DNA from: Candidatus Marinacidobacterium sp.
GTDB lineage: Bacteria > Acidobacteriota > Vicinamibacteria > Marinacidobacterales > Marinacidobacteraceae
Direction of reading: 5' to 3'
Assembly (NCBI GenBank): GCA_965220965.1
Contig: OZ244852.1
Span: forward strand, 2,016,001-2,080,000
DNA length: 64,000 bases
Each line of letters opens with the position of its first letter. The stretch's first letter is position 1. Under the pieces are notes generated by a model. The model did no database searches and had not been told where the DNA came from. It worked only from the letters and a program-made list of their open reading frames with translations. Both the position numbers and the translations under genes were made by a program. This document shows positions 28,499 to 38,089 of this stretch, piece by piece.

Positions 28499-29575
28499 AT
28501 GCGCTCCCCCCTCCCTGTTTCCCTCGCCGCTCTGCTGCTGGCCACTATGGTGGCGTCCGGCTGCGGCGGCGTGACCGCCGACGCCGGCGGCCAGGCCGGC
28601 GGGTCCGACCCGCTGCTGCCCCCCACGATGGATTCCCCGGTGCTCGGGGTCCTGAACGGCGAGGAAATCAGCATCGCCGACCTGTCGGACAACGACCGGT
28701 TCCAGATCGCCCGCCTGCGCTCCGAGTACATGACCGGGGTCCACGACCTGCTGCAGGAGAGCGCCGTCCGGACCGCCCGCGAGCGCCTGCTGCTCGGCGC
28801 GGCGGAAGAAGCCGGGATGACGCTGAACCAGTACTACGCCGAGGAGGTCGGGCTCCCCGAGGTGACGGACGAGGAGCTCCAGACGATCTACGAGGCGAAC
28901 CGCGACCAGTTCGGCGGCCGGACGCTCGACCAGATCGGCGCCCAGCTTCGCCGCCAGATCGCGAACCAGAAGTTCGCGCGCATGATCGAAGCGGCCGGCG
29001 ACGCGATGCTGGCCGAATCGGATTGGGAGTCCCTTGTCCCGCACTACCGGGTGGACCTCGACAGCGAAGGACACGCGTCACTCGGCCCGGAGGACGCCCC
29101 CGTCGAGCTCGTCGTCTTCTCCGACTTCGAGTGCCCCTACTGCCGGCAGTTCAACACCAGCCTGGATCTCCTGCGGGAGAACGAGGCGTATCACGACAAG
29201 GTGCGGGTCGTATTCCGCCACTACCCGCTCCGCAACATCCACCCGCAGGCGCAGAAGGCCGCCGAGGCCTCGATCTGCGCCGGCGACCAGGGCCAGTTCT
29301 GGGAGTACCACGACGCGCTGTGGACCGACGAGAACCTCGGCCCGGAGACGCTGGAGCAGCACGCCCGGCTCCTCGGACTCGACGGCGAGGCGTTCGCCGA
29401 GTGCCTGAACTCGGGCCGCCACTACGAGCAGGTCCAGGCGGACTTCGAGGCGGCGCGCGATCTGGGACTCGACGGCACGCCGGCGGTCTTCGCCAACGGC
29501 CGCTATCTGGGCGGAGCGATCCCGCTCGGTTACCTCGTGGAGCAGCTCGACCGCGAGCTCGCGGCGTCGAACTGA
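28499..29575 (+). CDS. DsbA/thioredoxin-family lipoprotein with SurA-like N-terminal region
   Basis: Lipobox-like ASGC; FSDFECPYC, HYPL..IHP.A and GTP cis-Pro loop. Confidence 0.88.
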   Translation: MRSPLPVSLAALLLATMVASGCGGVTADAGGQAGGSDPLLPPTMDSPVLGVLNGEEISIADLSDNDRFQIARLRSEYMTGVHDLLQESAVRTARERLLLGAAEEAGMTLNQYYAEEVGLPEVTDEELQTIYEANRDQFGGRTLDQIGAQLRRQIANQKFARMIEAAGDAMLAESDWESLVPHYRVDLDSEGHASLGPEDAPVELVVFSDFECPYCRQFNTSLDLLRENEAYHDKVRVVFRHYPLRNIHPQAQKAAEASICAGDQGQFWEYHDALWTDENLGPETLEQHARLLGLDGEAFAECLNSGRHYEQVQADFEAARDLGLDGTPAVFANGRYLGGAIPLGYLVEQLDRELAASN

Positions 29576-29594
29576 TCAGGACGGAGGCCGCGCC

Positions 29595-29999
29595 ATGCCC
29601 CGAACCGACATCCTCGCCCCCGAGATCCGCAAGTTCCTCGCCGCGAAGACCTTCGCCCACCTGGCGACCCGGATGGAGGACGGCAGCCCGCAGGTCTCGC
29701 CCGTCTGGATCGAGACCGACGGTGATCTGATCGTCGTGAACTCGGCCACCGGACGGGTCAAGGACAAGAACATCCGGCGCGACCCCCGGGTGGCGCTCTC
29801 CGCGGTCCACCCCGACGACCCTTACCGCTGCCTGATGATCCGGGGAGAGGTGGAGCGGATCACCGAGGACGGCGCCGAGGAGGGCATCGACCGCCTCGCC
29901 CGCAAGTACACCGGCGACGACCGCTACCAGTGGCGGCGCCCCGGCGAGGTGCGCGTCCTCTACTACATCCGCCCCCGGACAGTCGCCACGATCCCGTAA
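29595..29999 (+). CDS. PPOX-class (putative F420-dependent) oxidoreductase
   Basis: AHLAT...DGSPQVSPVW, R.K.KNIRRDPRVALS and IDRLARKY. Confidence 0.88.
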   Translation: MPRTDILAPEIRKFLAAKTFAHLATRMEDGSPQVSPVWIETDGDLIVVNSATGRVKDKNIRRDPRVALSAVHPDDPYRCLMIRGEVERITEDGAEEGIDRLARKYTGDDRYQWRRPGEVRVLYYIRPRTVATIP

Positions 30000-30031
30000 C
30001 CGGCGCCGGGCTGGCGGAGAGCCAGAGCCAT

Positions 30032-30883
30032 ATGACGACCCGAACGAGCCGACTCTGGCAGTGGGGTCTGGCGGCCCTCCTTCTCGCGCTTGCGGCCTTC
30101 GTCGTCTCCACGCTCCTTCCGCCGGCGGAAGGGCCCACGGAGGCGCCGAGCGCCGGCGGCCCGCCGACGGAGGAGCAGGTCCTTGGCGGCGAACGCGTCG
30201 GTGACGGAGGCCGGATCGTTCGGAGGGGCCCCGAACCAGTGGAGGACACAGGCCCCCAGGGCCTGCTCGTCCAGGCGGCGGCTGGCGGCGACACGTCCGG
30301 CGTGCTCCAGCTCCTCGAGGAGGGCGCTTCGACGGACGTCGCGGATGCGAACGGCTGGTTCGCGCTGCACAAGGCCGCCGAGAACGGGCATGGGGACACC
30401 GTCGAGGCGCTCCTCGAGCTCGGCGCCAGCATCGGGCTCGGCGACAACGTCGGCTACACCCCGCTGATCTGGGCGGCGAGCAGCGGCCACCTCGAGATCG
30501 TCGAGCGCCTGCTCGAGGCGGGGGCCGACCCGAACGCCCAGCATCCCCCGAACGAAAGCACGGCGCTCGCGGTGTGTCTGCTGGCGTGGCTCCTCGCAGC
30601 GGACATCTTCCCCCGCCCCCCGGACGTCACGCTCGAACTGAATCGGGACGCGCGGGTGGAGATCGCGCGAACCCTCCTGGCCGCCGGGGCGGACCCCAAC
30701 CCCGGATCGCCGATCATGTCAGCCGCGATGACGGGTGACGCGGAAGTGCTCCGGCTGCTGATCGATCACGGCGCAGCCCTTCCGGATGCCGGCGAGATGA
30801 TGATGTTGCCCCTGCCGGACGACATCATGGCGATCCTTCAGGAGGCTCGCGAAGCCCAGCAGGCTTCGCCGGAGGCGCGGTAG
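30032..30883 (+). CDS. Ankyrin-repeat protein with N-terminal TM/signal segment
   Basis: GWFALHKAAENGH..VEALLELGA, GYTPLIWAASSGHLEIVERLLEAGADPN and LLAAGADPN. Hydrophobic N-terminus; ATG at 30032. Confidence 0.85.
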   Translation: MTTRTSRLWQWGLAALLLALAAFVVSTLLPPAEGPTEAPSAGGPPTEEQVLGGERVGDGGRIVRRGPEPVEDTGPQGLLVQAAAGGDTSGVLQLLEEGASTDVADANGWFALHKAAENGHGDTVEALLELGASIGLGDNVGYTPLIWAASSGHLEIVERLLEAGADPNAQHPPNESTALAVCLLAWLLAADIFPRPPDVTLELNRDARVEIARTLLAAGADPNPGSPIMSAAMTGDAEVLRLLIDHGAALPDAGEMMMLPLPDDIMAILQEAREAQQASPEAR

Positions 30884-30990
30884 GGGGCTCGGCCCGGGGT
30901 TCGCCGGCATTCGGTCGAGCCCGGTGAAGGCGCGGGGCTTAGCCTTTCGAGGGGCCTCCCTCCGGGCGCGGCGCCCGGAAACCCGCTGAA

Positions 30991-33393
30991 ATGAGAACCC
31001 GAGCCGCGCTCCTCGCCGCCTGGCGGTCGCTCGCCTGGGCGCCGGCCAGTTCCGCCGCCGTCGTCCTCGCGCTGGTGTTCGCCGTCGGCGCCTGGCACGC
31101 CGTCGGCGCGGTCTGGGACTCGGTTGTGGAACGGGAGCTCCCGTGGCGGGACGCGTCGGCGCTGGTCTCCCTGCGGATGAACTCCTCCGATGAGGTGTTG
31201 GGCAATCACATTCGCACCGAGGAAGTCGAAGTCCTCCGCGAACGGGCCGGGTCGTTCGTCTGGCTCGGGCAATCCCCCGCCGGTACTTCTCGAAGCCTGG
31301 GCGACGAGGCCTCCCGCGCCATCATCGTCGGCGCGGTGGAGCCCGGCTTCTTCGAGGGCCTGGGCGCCACCCCGCACCTCGGCCGCCTCTTCCGACCGGA
31401 GGATCACGAAGGAGAAGGACGGCGCCCGCCGTCTTCGGGCGGCGTAGCCGAAGGTCAGGCCGTCGCGCTCCTCGGCCACGACCTCTGGCGCAGCGCGTTC
31501 GGGAGCTCGCCGGAGGTCGTTGGAACGGCTGTCCCGATCGACGGGACGCCGATGACGATCATCGGGGTCCTGCCCCCCGGCTTCCACACGCCGCGCCTGA
31601 TCAGCGAGGCCTGGGTCCCGGCGCGGGCGCGCGGGTCTTCGCGGGCGGCACTGGTCTACGGGCGGCTCGCCCCCGGCGCCTCGCCGGCCGCCGCGGCCGA
31701 GGAGGCCGCCGCGCTGCTGGAGTCCTCGGGCTACCGGGATCCCGAGGACCGGATCCTGCTGACTCCCCTGGCCCGGGAGCTGACCGCCTCGGTGCGTCCG
31801 ACGCTCGAACTCCTGCGCGCCGGCGCGCTCCTGCTGGTCCTCGCCGCGGGCGTCAGCGTGGCCGGCCTTCGTCTGGCCCGCACCGCCGCCACCCGCCGGA
31901 TGGCGGGGATCCGCCGGGCGCTCGGCGCTTCGCTCGCGGACGATGTGCTGACCACCGTGGCCCGGATCGGTCTGCTGGCGGGGGCGTCCACGGCGGGCGG
32001 CGCTCTGCTGGCCGTTGGGGCGCTGCCGCTGCTTCGCCGGTTCGGGGGCGACCTCCCCTTCGCCGAGGTCTGGACGACGAGCTGGGCGAGCGCCGGAGAG
32101 GCGTTCCTGGTGGCCGTCCTCGCGGCCTCGCTGGCCGAGGCCGCTCCGTTGGTGGACACGCTGCGGACCCGGCGGCGCCTGATCGGATCGAGCCGTTTCG
32201 GACGCGCGGGCGGAACGTGGGCGCTGCCGCCGTCGCTCCTGCTCGGGGTGGCGGCCTCCACGGTCATCGTCCTCCTGACGGCCGTCATCGGGGGCAGCGC
32301 CCGGGACCTGCTGGCCGGCCGCGGCGGGTACGCCGATCGGGGGCTCGCTCAGGTCACGGTGGACTTCCAGGGGGACGCGCGCGGCGCCTCGCTCCCGCAC
32401 GGCGAACGCGTCAGGCTGCTGGATGAGCTCGTCGAGCGAATCGAGGAGGTCCCCGAGGTCGAGTCCGCCGCTTACGCGAACTTCTTACCGGACGAGTACG
32501 GGGGGACGCTGGTGTACCGGGCGAGCCGGAGCGGAGGGATCCCCGACCCGGAATCGGGTCGCTCCACCCGCGCCGTCAGCCCGGGACTCTTTCGCACGCT
32601 CGGCATCCCGCTGCTGGCGGGACGGGACATCGACGCCTCGGACCAGGCCTCGACGGAGCGGGTCGCCGTTCTCGACGAGTCCTACGCGGCGGCGCTCGGG
32701 CTTTCCGAGCCGGTCGGACAGCTCGCCAATCTGATCACCTCCGAGGCCCGGGTGGTCGGACTGGTCGCGAACACCCGGACCTTCCCGGATCGGTCGACCT
32801 ACGCGGCGGCGTACGTACCCTTCGCGGTCCCGCCCCAACGCGCCCGCTACTTCAAGGCGGAGGTCGTAGCCCGCTTCCGGGAGACCCCGACGGCGGAGCA
32901 GCTCGCCCTGCTCGGTCGGCTGCCCGGACAAATCGACCCGACGCTGCGGGCGACGCGGGTGGCGTCCGTCCGGGACCGCCGCATCCAGCAACTCGGCGCC
33001 CCGCTCCTCGCCGCCGCCGCGCTCGCGATCTTCGCGCTGGCGGGCGGGCTGCTGGCGGTCGTCGGCGGCGTCGGCCACATCGCCGACCTCCAGGCGCGGG
33101 AGGCGGGGCCCACTGCCCTGCGGATCGCCCTCGGCGCGGCCCCCACGCGGCTGGTGCGGGACGCGTCCGCCGCCGCGATCCTGGCGACGGCGATGGGCGT
33201 CGCGACCGGGAGCCTGCTGGGCTGGATCCTGGCCCGCGCCGTCGCGGCGCAGGTGGCCTGGGTGGCGGCCGACGACCTCCGCTTCTATCTGGTCCCGGCG
33301 GTCGGGCTGCTGTTGCTCATGGTGGGCGTGGCGCTCGTCGCCGGGCGGCGGACCCTTCCGAAGGAGCCCTGGGCGGCGCTGAAGACGCTGTAG
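30991..33393 (+). CDS. ADOP-like duplicated MacB/FtsX permease (no ATPase gene adjacent)
   Basis: Two MacB_PCD+FtsX halves: FF..LG..P.LGR.F...D, IIGVLP, IRRALGA, PG.F.TLGIPLLAGR, LRIALGA and EP..ALK. Confidence 0.8.
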   Translation: MRTRAALLAAWRSLAWAPASSAAVVLALVFAVGAWHAVGAVWDSVVERELPWRDASALVSLRMNSSDEVLGNHIRTEEVEVLRERAGSFVWLGQSPAGTSRSLGDEASRAIIVGAVEPGFFEGLGATPHLGRLFRPEDHEGEGRRPPSSGGVAEGQAVALLGHDLWRSAFGSSPEVVGTAVPIDGTPMTIIGVLPPGFHTPRLISEAWVPARARGSSRAALVYGRLAPGASPAAAAEEAAALLESSGYRDPEDRILLTPLARELTASVRPTLELLRAGALLLVLAAGVSVAGLRLARTAATRRMAGIRRALGASLADDVLTTVARIGLLAGASTAGGALLAVGALPLLRRFGGDLPFAEVWTTSWASAGEAFLVAVLAASLAEAAPLVDTLRTRRRLIGSSRFGRAGGTWALPPSLLLGVAASTVIVLLTAVIGGSARDLLAGRGGYADRGLAQVTVDFQGDARGASLPHGERVRLLDELVERIEEVPEVESAAYANFLPDEYGGTLVYRASRSGGIPDPESGRSTRAVSPGLFRTLGIPLLAGRDIDASDQASTERVAVLDESYAAALGLSEPVGQLANLITSEARVVGLVANTRTFPDRSTYAAAYVPFAVPPQRARYFKAEVVARFRETPTAEQLALLGRLPGQIDPTLRATRVASVRDRRIQQLGAPLLAAAALAIFALAGGLLAVVGGVGHIADLQAREAGPTALRIALGAAPTRLVRDASAAAILATAMGVATGSLLGWILARAVAAQVAWVAADDLRFYLVPAVGLLLLMVGVALVAGRRTLPKEPWAALKTL

Positions 33394-33396
33394 GCC

Positions 33397-35130
33397 CTAC
33401 CTCGGGATCTCGCGGCCGCCGATGAAGGTGCGCTCGACGCGGAGGTCGCGCAGGTCGTCGGGCGGCGTCGTCAGCGGGTTATCGCTGACGATGATGAAGT
33501 CGGCGAGCATTCCCTCGGCGATCGCGCCCTTGTCGGCTTCTTCGAACGTGAACCAGGCGGGCTCCCGGGTGTGCAGGCGGAGCGCCTCCTCGATGGAGAT
33601 CGCTTCTTCCGGGCCCTTGACCTCGTTGTCGTAGCCCCGGCGGGTCACGGCGGTCCAGACCGTGATCCAGGGGCCGTAGGGGGCGGAGTCGGATCCGTGC
33701 GAGACGCGGACGCCGGCGTCGAGGAGCGATTTCGTGGGGTTCTGGGTGGCTTCCCGGTCGGCGGTGAGCGCCTCCTCGGCGTAGGCGCCGAGCCCCACGG
33801 TGAACGAGGGCTGGCTCGCCACCCCGATCCCGTTCTCCGCCATCAGGCGGATCGTCTCGTCGGGCGGCCTGACGGCGACGTGGTGGATGTAGTGGCGGTG
33901 GTCGTCGCGGGGGAGCTCCCCGAGGATGCGGGCGATCTCCTCGGCGACCATCTTCGTCCCGCCGTCCCCCATGGCGTGGATGCCGAGCTGCCACCCGAGT
34001 TCGTGCGCCCGCCGCGCCACCGGATGGAACACATCGGCGGGGATCCGGATCGCCCCGAAGAAACCGGGACGGCCCTCGTAGGGCTCGAGCGACCAGAAGA
34101 CCGGCGCGCTGAGGCCGCCGTCCACGCTCATCTTGATCGCCCCGATCCGGAACCGGTCGTCGCCGTCGCCGGTGACCATGCCGAGCGCTTCGAGCGCCTC
34201 GATCTCGGTCTCGACGCCGATCTCGGGATCGTCGTAGGTGTCGTGGCCGGGGCTCAGCCGGACCTGCATCGTGGCCCTCGGCAGTTCGTCCCGGTAGCGC
34301 TCGTAGAGCTCCTGGACGGCGGCGATCCCGTTCGGGCGCACCCCGGCGATGTTCACGCTGGTGATCCCGACCGCGGCGAGCGTCTGGAGCGAGGCGCGCA
34401 TGTCCTGGATCCCGGCTTCGGGGTCCCGCGGCGGGCTGGGCGGCATGACCGCGTCCACGATCCGGCGGGCGGCCTCGAGGACGTGGCCGTTCGGCTCGCC
34501 GCTCTCGTCGCGGAAGATCCAGCCGCCTTCGGGATCCGGGGTGTCGCGAGTGATCCCGGCCAGTTCGAGCGCCTGCGAGTTCAGCAGGTAGGTGTGCGGG
34601 CCCCGGGTGAGCACAACCGGGTTGGCGGGCGCCGCCTCGTCGAGGAGCCAGCGATCGGGGACCTTGTGGTTCGGCCAGTCCATCCGGGTGAGCCCGCCGC
34701 GGATCCACTCGCCGGCGTCGCTGCGCTCGGCCTCGGCCGAGAGGGCGGCGAAGAGCTCCTCCGGCTCGGTCGCGGAAGCCGACCACTCCGGAAGCCCGGG
34801 CACGAGCCCGTCCCGCCACGGCTGGAGGGTGCGCCCGGGACCGAGGTGGATGTGGTTGTCGTTGAACCCGGGGAGCACCACGCCGCCCTCGAGGTCCACC
34901 TCCAGCTCGGCGCCGCCCGGGAAGGCGTCGCGGACCTCCGCCTCCGACCCGACCGCCGCGAATCGGCCTCCCACCACCGCGAACGACTCGACGACGCGGA
35001 AGTCGTCGTCCACGGTGACGACGACCGCGTTCCTGTAGATCGCGTCGGCGGCCGGTCCGGCGGGACCGCACCCGGCGGCGAGAGCGATCCCGAGGATCGC
35101 GGCGGCGAATCGGAGAGCTGGTTGGCGCAT
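33397..35130 (-). CDS. Amidohydrolase_3 (YtcJ-like) lipoprotein
   Basis: Lipobox LAAGC; PGFNDNHIH, NSQALELAGI, K..VDG, HAMGD, GSD and G.I..G.LADF. ATG at 35130. Confidence 0.9.
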   Translation of the reverse strand: MRQPALRFAAAILGIALAAGCGPAGPAADAIYRNAVVVTVDDDFRVVESFAVVGGRFAAVGSEAEVRDAFPGGAELEVDLEGGVVLPGFNDNHIHLGPGRTLQPWRDGLVPGLPEWSASATEPEELFAALSAEAERSDAGEWIRGGLTRMDWPNHKVPDRWLLDEAAPANPVVLTRGPHTYLLNSQALELAGITRDTPDPEGGWIFRDESGEPNGHVLEAARRIVDAVMPPSPPRDPEAGIQDMRASLQTLAAVGITSVNIAGVRPNGIAAVQELYERYRDELPRATMQVRLSPGHDTYDDPEIGVETEIEALEALGMVTGDGDDRFRIGAIKMSVDGGLSAPVFWSLEPYEGRPGFFGAIRIPADVFHPVARRAHELGWQLGIHAMGDGGTKMVAEEIARILGELPRDDHRHYIHHVAVRPPDETIRLMAENGIGVASQPSFTVGLGAYAEEALTADREATQNPTKSLLDAGVRVSHGSDSAPYGPWITVWTAVTRRGYDNEVKGPEEAISIEEALRLHTREPAWFTFEEADKGAIAEGMLADFIIVSDNPLTTPPDDLRDLRVERTFIGGREIPR

Positions 35131-35198
35131 GACGGGGTGACCACGGAGCCTACGCGAAGCGGTTTCCGGCGTCGGCGTCAGACCAGCCGGTTCGGCGA

Positions 35199-35930
35199 TC
35201 AGCCCGGAAGATCCACGATCGCGCCGGTCATGGCCGGGGGCGCCTCGGCGGCGAGCCAGGCGATGACGCGGGCGGCCTCGTCGGGGGTCGAGCGGGGCTT
35301 CGCGGTGGGCATGAGCGTCAGGTAGGACTCGGTGTCCACCGAGCCGGGGCAGGCGGCGAAGACCGAGACCCCCGCCGGCCGCAGCTCCTCGGCCGTCGCC
35401 CGCGTGAACCCGAGGACGCCCCACTTCGCCGCGCAGTAGGCGGCGAGCCGGGGGATCCCGATGCGGCCGCCCACCGCCGAGAGGTTCACGATCCGTCCGG
35501 CGCGGCGCGGAACCATGGTCCGAAGCGCCGCCTTCGAGCACTGGAAGACGCCCTTCAGGTTGACCGCCACGACCCGGTCGAACTCCGCTTCCGAGGTCTG
35601 GACCACCGGAGACCGGGACGCCGTCCCGGCGGCGTTCACCAGCGCGGCGACCGGGCCGAGGCGGCGCTCGGTCTCCTGGAAGAGCTCGCTGACCTGCGCC
35701 GGCTCGGTCACGTCGGTCGGGACGATGAACGCGGATCCCCCCAGCTCGCGGATCCGGTTCTCCACGGCGACGAGGCCCATGGGCCGGCGGGCGGCGAGCG
35801 CCACCGCGAAGCCGCGCTTCGCCAGCTCGACCGCGGTCGCGGCCCCGATGCCCTGGCTCGCTCCGGTGACGACCGCGACCCGCGGTTCTTCGCTGGCCGC
35901 GGCGGGCGGGCCGTCCGGGAGGTCGCTCAG
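35199..35930 (-). CDS. SDR-family oxidoreductase
   Basis: VTGASQGIG, DVT, VNAAG, YCAAK and PG.VDT. Start uncertain: CTG 35930 (CTGA overlap with the upstream stop) or GTG 36002. Confidence 0.88.
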   Translation of the reverse strand: MSDLPDGPPAAASEEPRVAVVTGASQGIGAATAVELAKRGFAVALAARRPMGLVAVENRIRELGGSAFIVPTDVTEPAQVSELFQETERRLGPVAALVNAAGTASRSPVVQTSEAEFDRVVAVNLKGVFQCSKAALRTMVPRRAGRIVNLSAVGGRIGIPRLAAYCAAKWGVLGFTRATAEELRPAGVSVFAACPGSVDTESYLTLMPTAKPRSTPDEAARVIAWLAAEAPPAMTGAIVDLPG

Positions 35931-36460
35931 ACGCCGATCAGATGGGCCTTGACGGTCCGCTTCCGGGGGCCGTCCAGCTCGGCGAACAGGATGCTCTGCC
36001 ACTGGCCCATGTTCACTTCGCCGTCGGTGATCGGAACGGTCACGTTCTGGCCGAGCAGGGTCGCCCGGAGGTGGGCGGCGGCGTTCTTCCGCTCGCAGTC
36101 CGACGTGTCCTCGCAGTTGTGGAGGTAGCCCCCGTCCGGGTCCACCAGCCGGTCCAGGAACTCGGTCAGATCCGCCATCAGCGCGGCCTGGAACTCGTTC
36201 ATGAACAGCGCGGTCGTGGTGTGCACGGTGGACACCACCAGGAACCCGGCGCGGATGCCCGAACTCCGGACCTCTTCACGGATCCGGTCGCTCAGGTTGT
36301 GGAGCTCGACGCGGGAGCGCGTGACCAGCTTCAGGGTGCGGGACAGCACCTTCATCTGGCCGAACGCCGCCTCGGGAGCGGCTTCTTCCCGCTCTCCGGG
36401 TTCCGGCGCGGGGAGCGCCTCCGCGGCGGAGGCGGCCTTCACTGTGTTCTCGTTCTTCAC
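35927..36460 (-). CDS. YjbQ/UPF0047 family protein
   Basis: HTTTAL..NE, Y.H, NAAAHLRA.LLG, G.WQSI..AELDGPR.R. Confidence 0.9.
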   Translation of the reverse strand: MKNENTVKAASAAEALPAPEPGEREEAAPEAAFGQMKVLSRTLKLVTRSRVELHNLSDRIREEVRSSGIRAGFLVVSTVHTTTALFMNEFQAALMADLTEFLDRLVDPDGGYLHNCEDTSDCERKNAAAHLRATLLGQNVTVPITDGEVNMGQWQSILFAELDGPRKRTVKAHLIGV

Positions 36461-36598
36461 CGGTTCAACCTGGATCTCGCTGGTGAGCGCGGAAGCCGGA
36501 GCGCCCGTGGGCGCCGGCCTGCGAGACCCGATGGGCTACATTCCAAGCGGGTCGCAGTATATCGACCCGACCCCGGCTCCCGGGTCCGCGAGCGCCGC

Positions 36599-38089
36599 AT
36601 GCACGCACAATCATTCGCAGAAAACGACGGCTTCGTCCGTCGGGTTCGCTCCGCGCTCGGCGTGAATGATTTTCTGCTGCGGCCGGAGCACGTCCTCCCC
36701 TACGAGTGCGACGGGAGCACCGCCTATCGGAGCCCCCCGGAGGCGGTGGCGCTGCCCCGCACGACCGCGCAGGTGGCCGCCGTCGTGCGCGCCTGCCGCG
36801 AAGCGGAGGTCCCGTTCACCGCCCGGGGCGCGGGGACCGGTCTCTCGGGCGGCGCCACCGCTATCGAGGGCGGCGTCGTCATCTCGCTCGCCGCGATGAA
36901 CCGGGTTCTCGAGGTGGACCCCCTGGAGCGGACCGCGCGCTGCCAGACCGGCGTGGTGAACCTCGAGATCTCCCGCGCCGCCGCGCCCCACGGGCTCTTC
37001 TTCGCGCCGGACCCGTCGAGCCAGTCCGCCTGCACGCTGGGGGGCAACATCGCCGAGAACTCGGGCGGTCCCCACTGCTTCAAGCTGGGCGCCACCACCT
37101 CGCACATCGTGGCGGCGACCGTCGTCCTCGAGGACGGGAGCGTTGTCGAGCTCCGCGAGGACGATGTCGGCTCGGGGTACGACCTGCTCGGCCTGTTCAC
37201 GGGCTCCGAGGGAACCCTCGGGATCGCCACCGAAGCGGTCGTCCGGCTGCTGCCGCTCCCGGAGAAGGTGGAGACGCTGCTCGCGCCCTTTGCCGGCCTC
37301 GTGCCGGCGTGCGAGGCGGTTTCGGCGATCGTGGCGGCGGGGGTCGTGCCGGTCGCGATGGAGGCGCTCGACGCCGCGACGATCAAGGTCGTGGAGGAGG
37401 GCGTCGGGGCGGGCTACCCGGAGGACGCCGGAGCCGTGCTGCTGCTCGAGCTCGACGGCGCCGCCCCGGCGGTGGCCCGCCAGCGGGAGGAGGTCGAGCG
37501 GATCCTGCGGGCGGCGGGAGCGCTCGAGATCCGGAGCGCGAAGGACGACGCCGAGCGGGAGCTGCTCTGGCTGGGCCGGAAGCGGGCGTTCGGCGCCATG
37601 GGCCGCATCTCCACCGATCTCTACGTGCAGGACGGGGTGGTGCCCCGGTCGGCGCTCCCCGAAGCGATCGCCGAAGTGGAGCGCATCGGAAGGAAACACC
37701 GCATCCGGGTGGCCAACGTGTTCCACGCCGGAGACGGGAACCTCCATCCCTGCGTCGCCTACGACGGACGCGACCCCGACGAGCGGGACCGGGTCATGGC
37801 GGCGAGCCACGAGATGCTCGAGATGTGCGTCCGGCTGGGCGGGACGCTCTCCGGCGAGCACGGGGTGGGCATCGAGAAGCGGGACGCGCTGGGACTCCTG
37901 TTCACCGATGACGAACTCGAGGCGATGCGCCGGGTGCGCGAGGCCTGGAGCCGAAGCGGCCTGCTGAACCCCGGCAAGATCCTGCCGCTGCGGGGCGGCT
38001 GCTCGGAAGCCGCCGGCCCCGCCTCCGCCGCGCCGGGTCTGGCCCCCGCGCCGGGGCGAACCCCGGCCATTCCCGGCGCGTGGATCTAG
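36599..38089 (+). CDS. glcD: Glycolate oxidase FAD subunit GlcD-like
   Basis: YECDG, RGAGTGLSGGA, APDPSSQ, AENSGGPHC.K.G, GSEGTLG, DGVVPR, HAGDGNLHP, GEHGVG.EK and LNPGK. ATG at 36599. Confidence 0.92.
   Translation: MHAQSFAENDGFVRRVRSALGVNDFLLRPEHVLPYECDGSTAYRSPPEAVALPRTTAQVAAVVRACREAEVPFTARGAGTGLSGGATAIEGGVVISLAAMNRVLEVDPLERTARCQTGVVNLEISRAAAPHGLFFAPDPSSQSACTLGGNIAENSGGPHCFKLGATTSHIVAATVVLEDGSVVELREDDVGSGYDLLGLFTGSEGTLGIATEAVVRLLPLPEKVETLLAPFAGLVPACEAVSAIVAAGVVPVAMEALDAATIKVVEEGVGAGYPEDAGAVLLLELDGAAPAVARQREEVERILRAAGALEIRSAKDDAERELLWLGRKRAFGAMGRISTDLYVQDGVVPRSALPEAIAEVERIGRKHRIRVANVFHAGDGNLHPCVAYDGRDPDERDRVMAASHEMLEMCVRLGGTLSGEHGVGIEKRDALGLLFTDDELEAMRRVREAWSRSGLLNPGKILPLRGGCSEAAGPASAAPGLAPAPGRTPAIPGAWI

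Noticed and set aside
30885-30922. GC hairpin after the ankyrin gene (GGGCTCGGCC...GGTCGAGCCC)
   Set aside because: It has no U-tract and I saw no second copy; such stems arise easily at this GC content.
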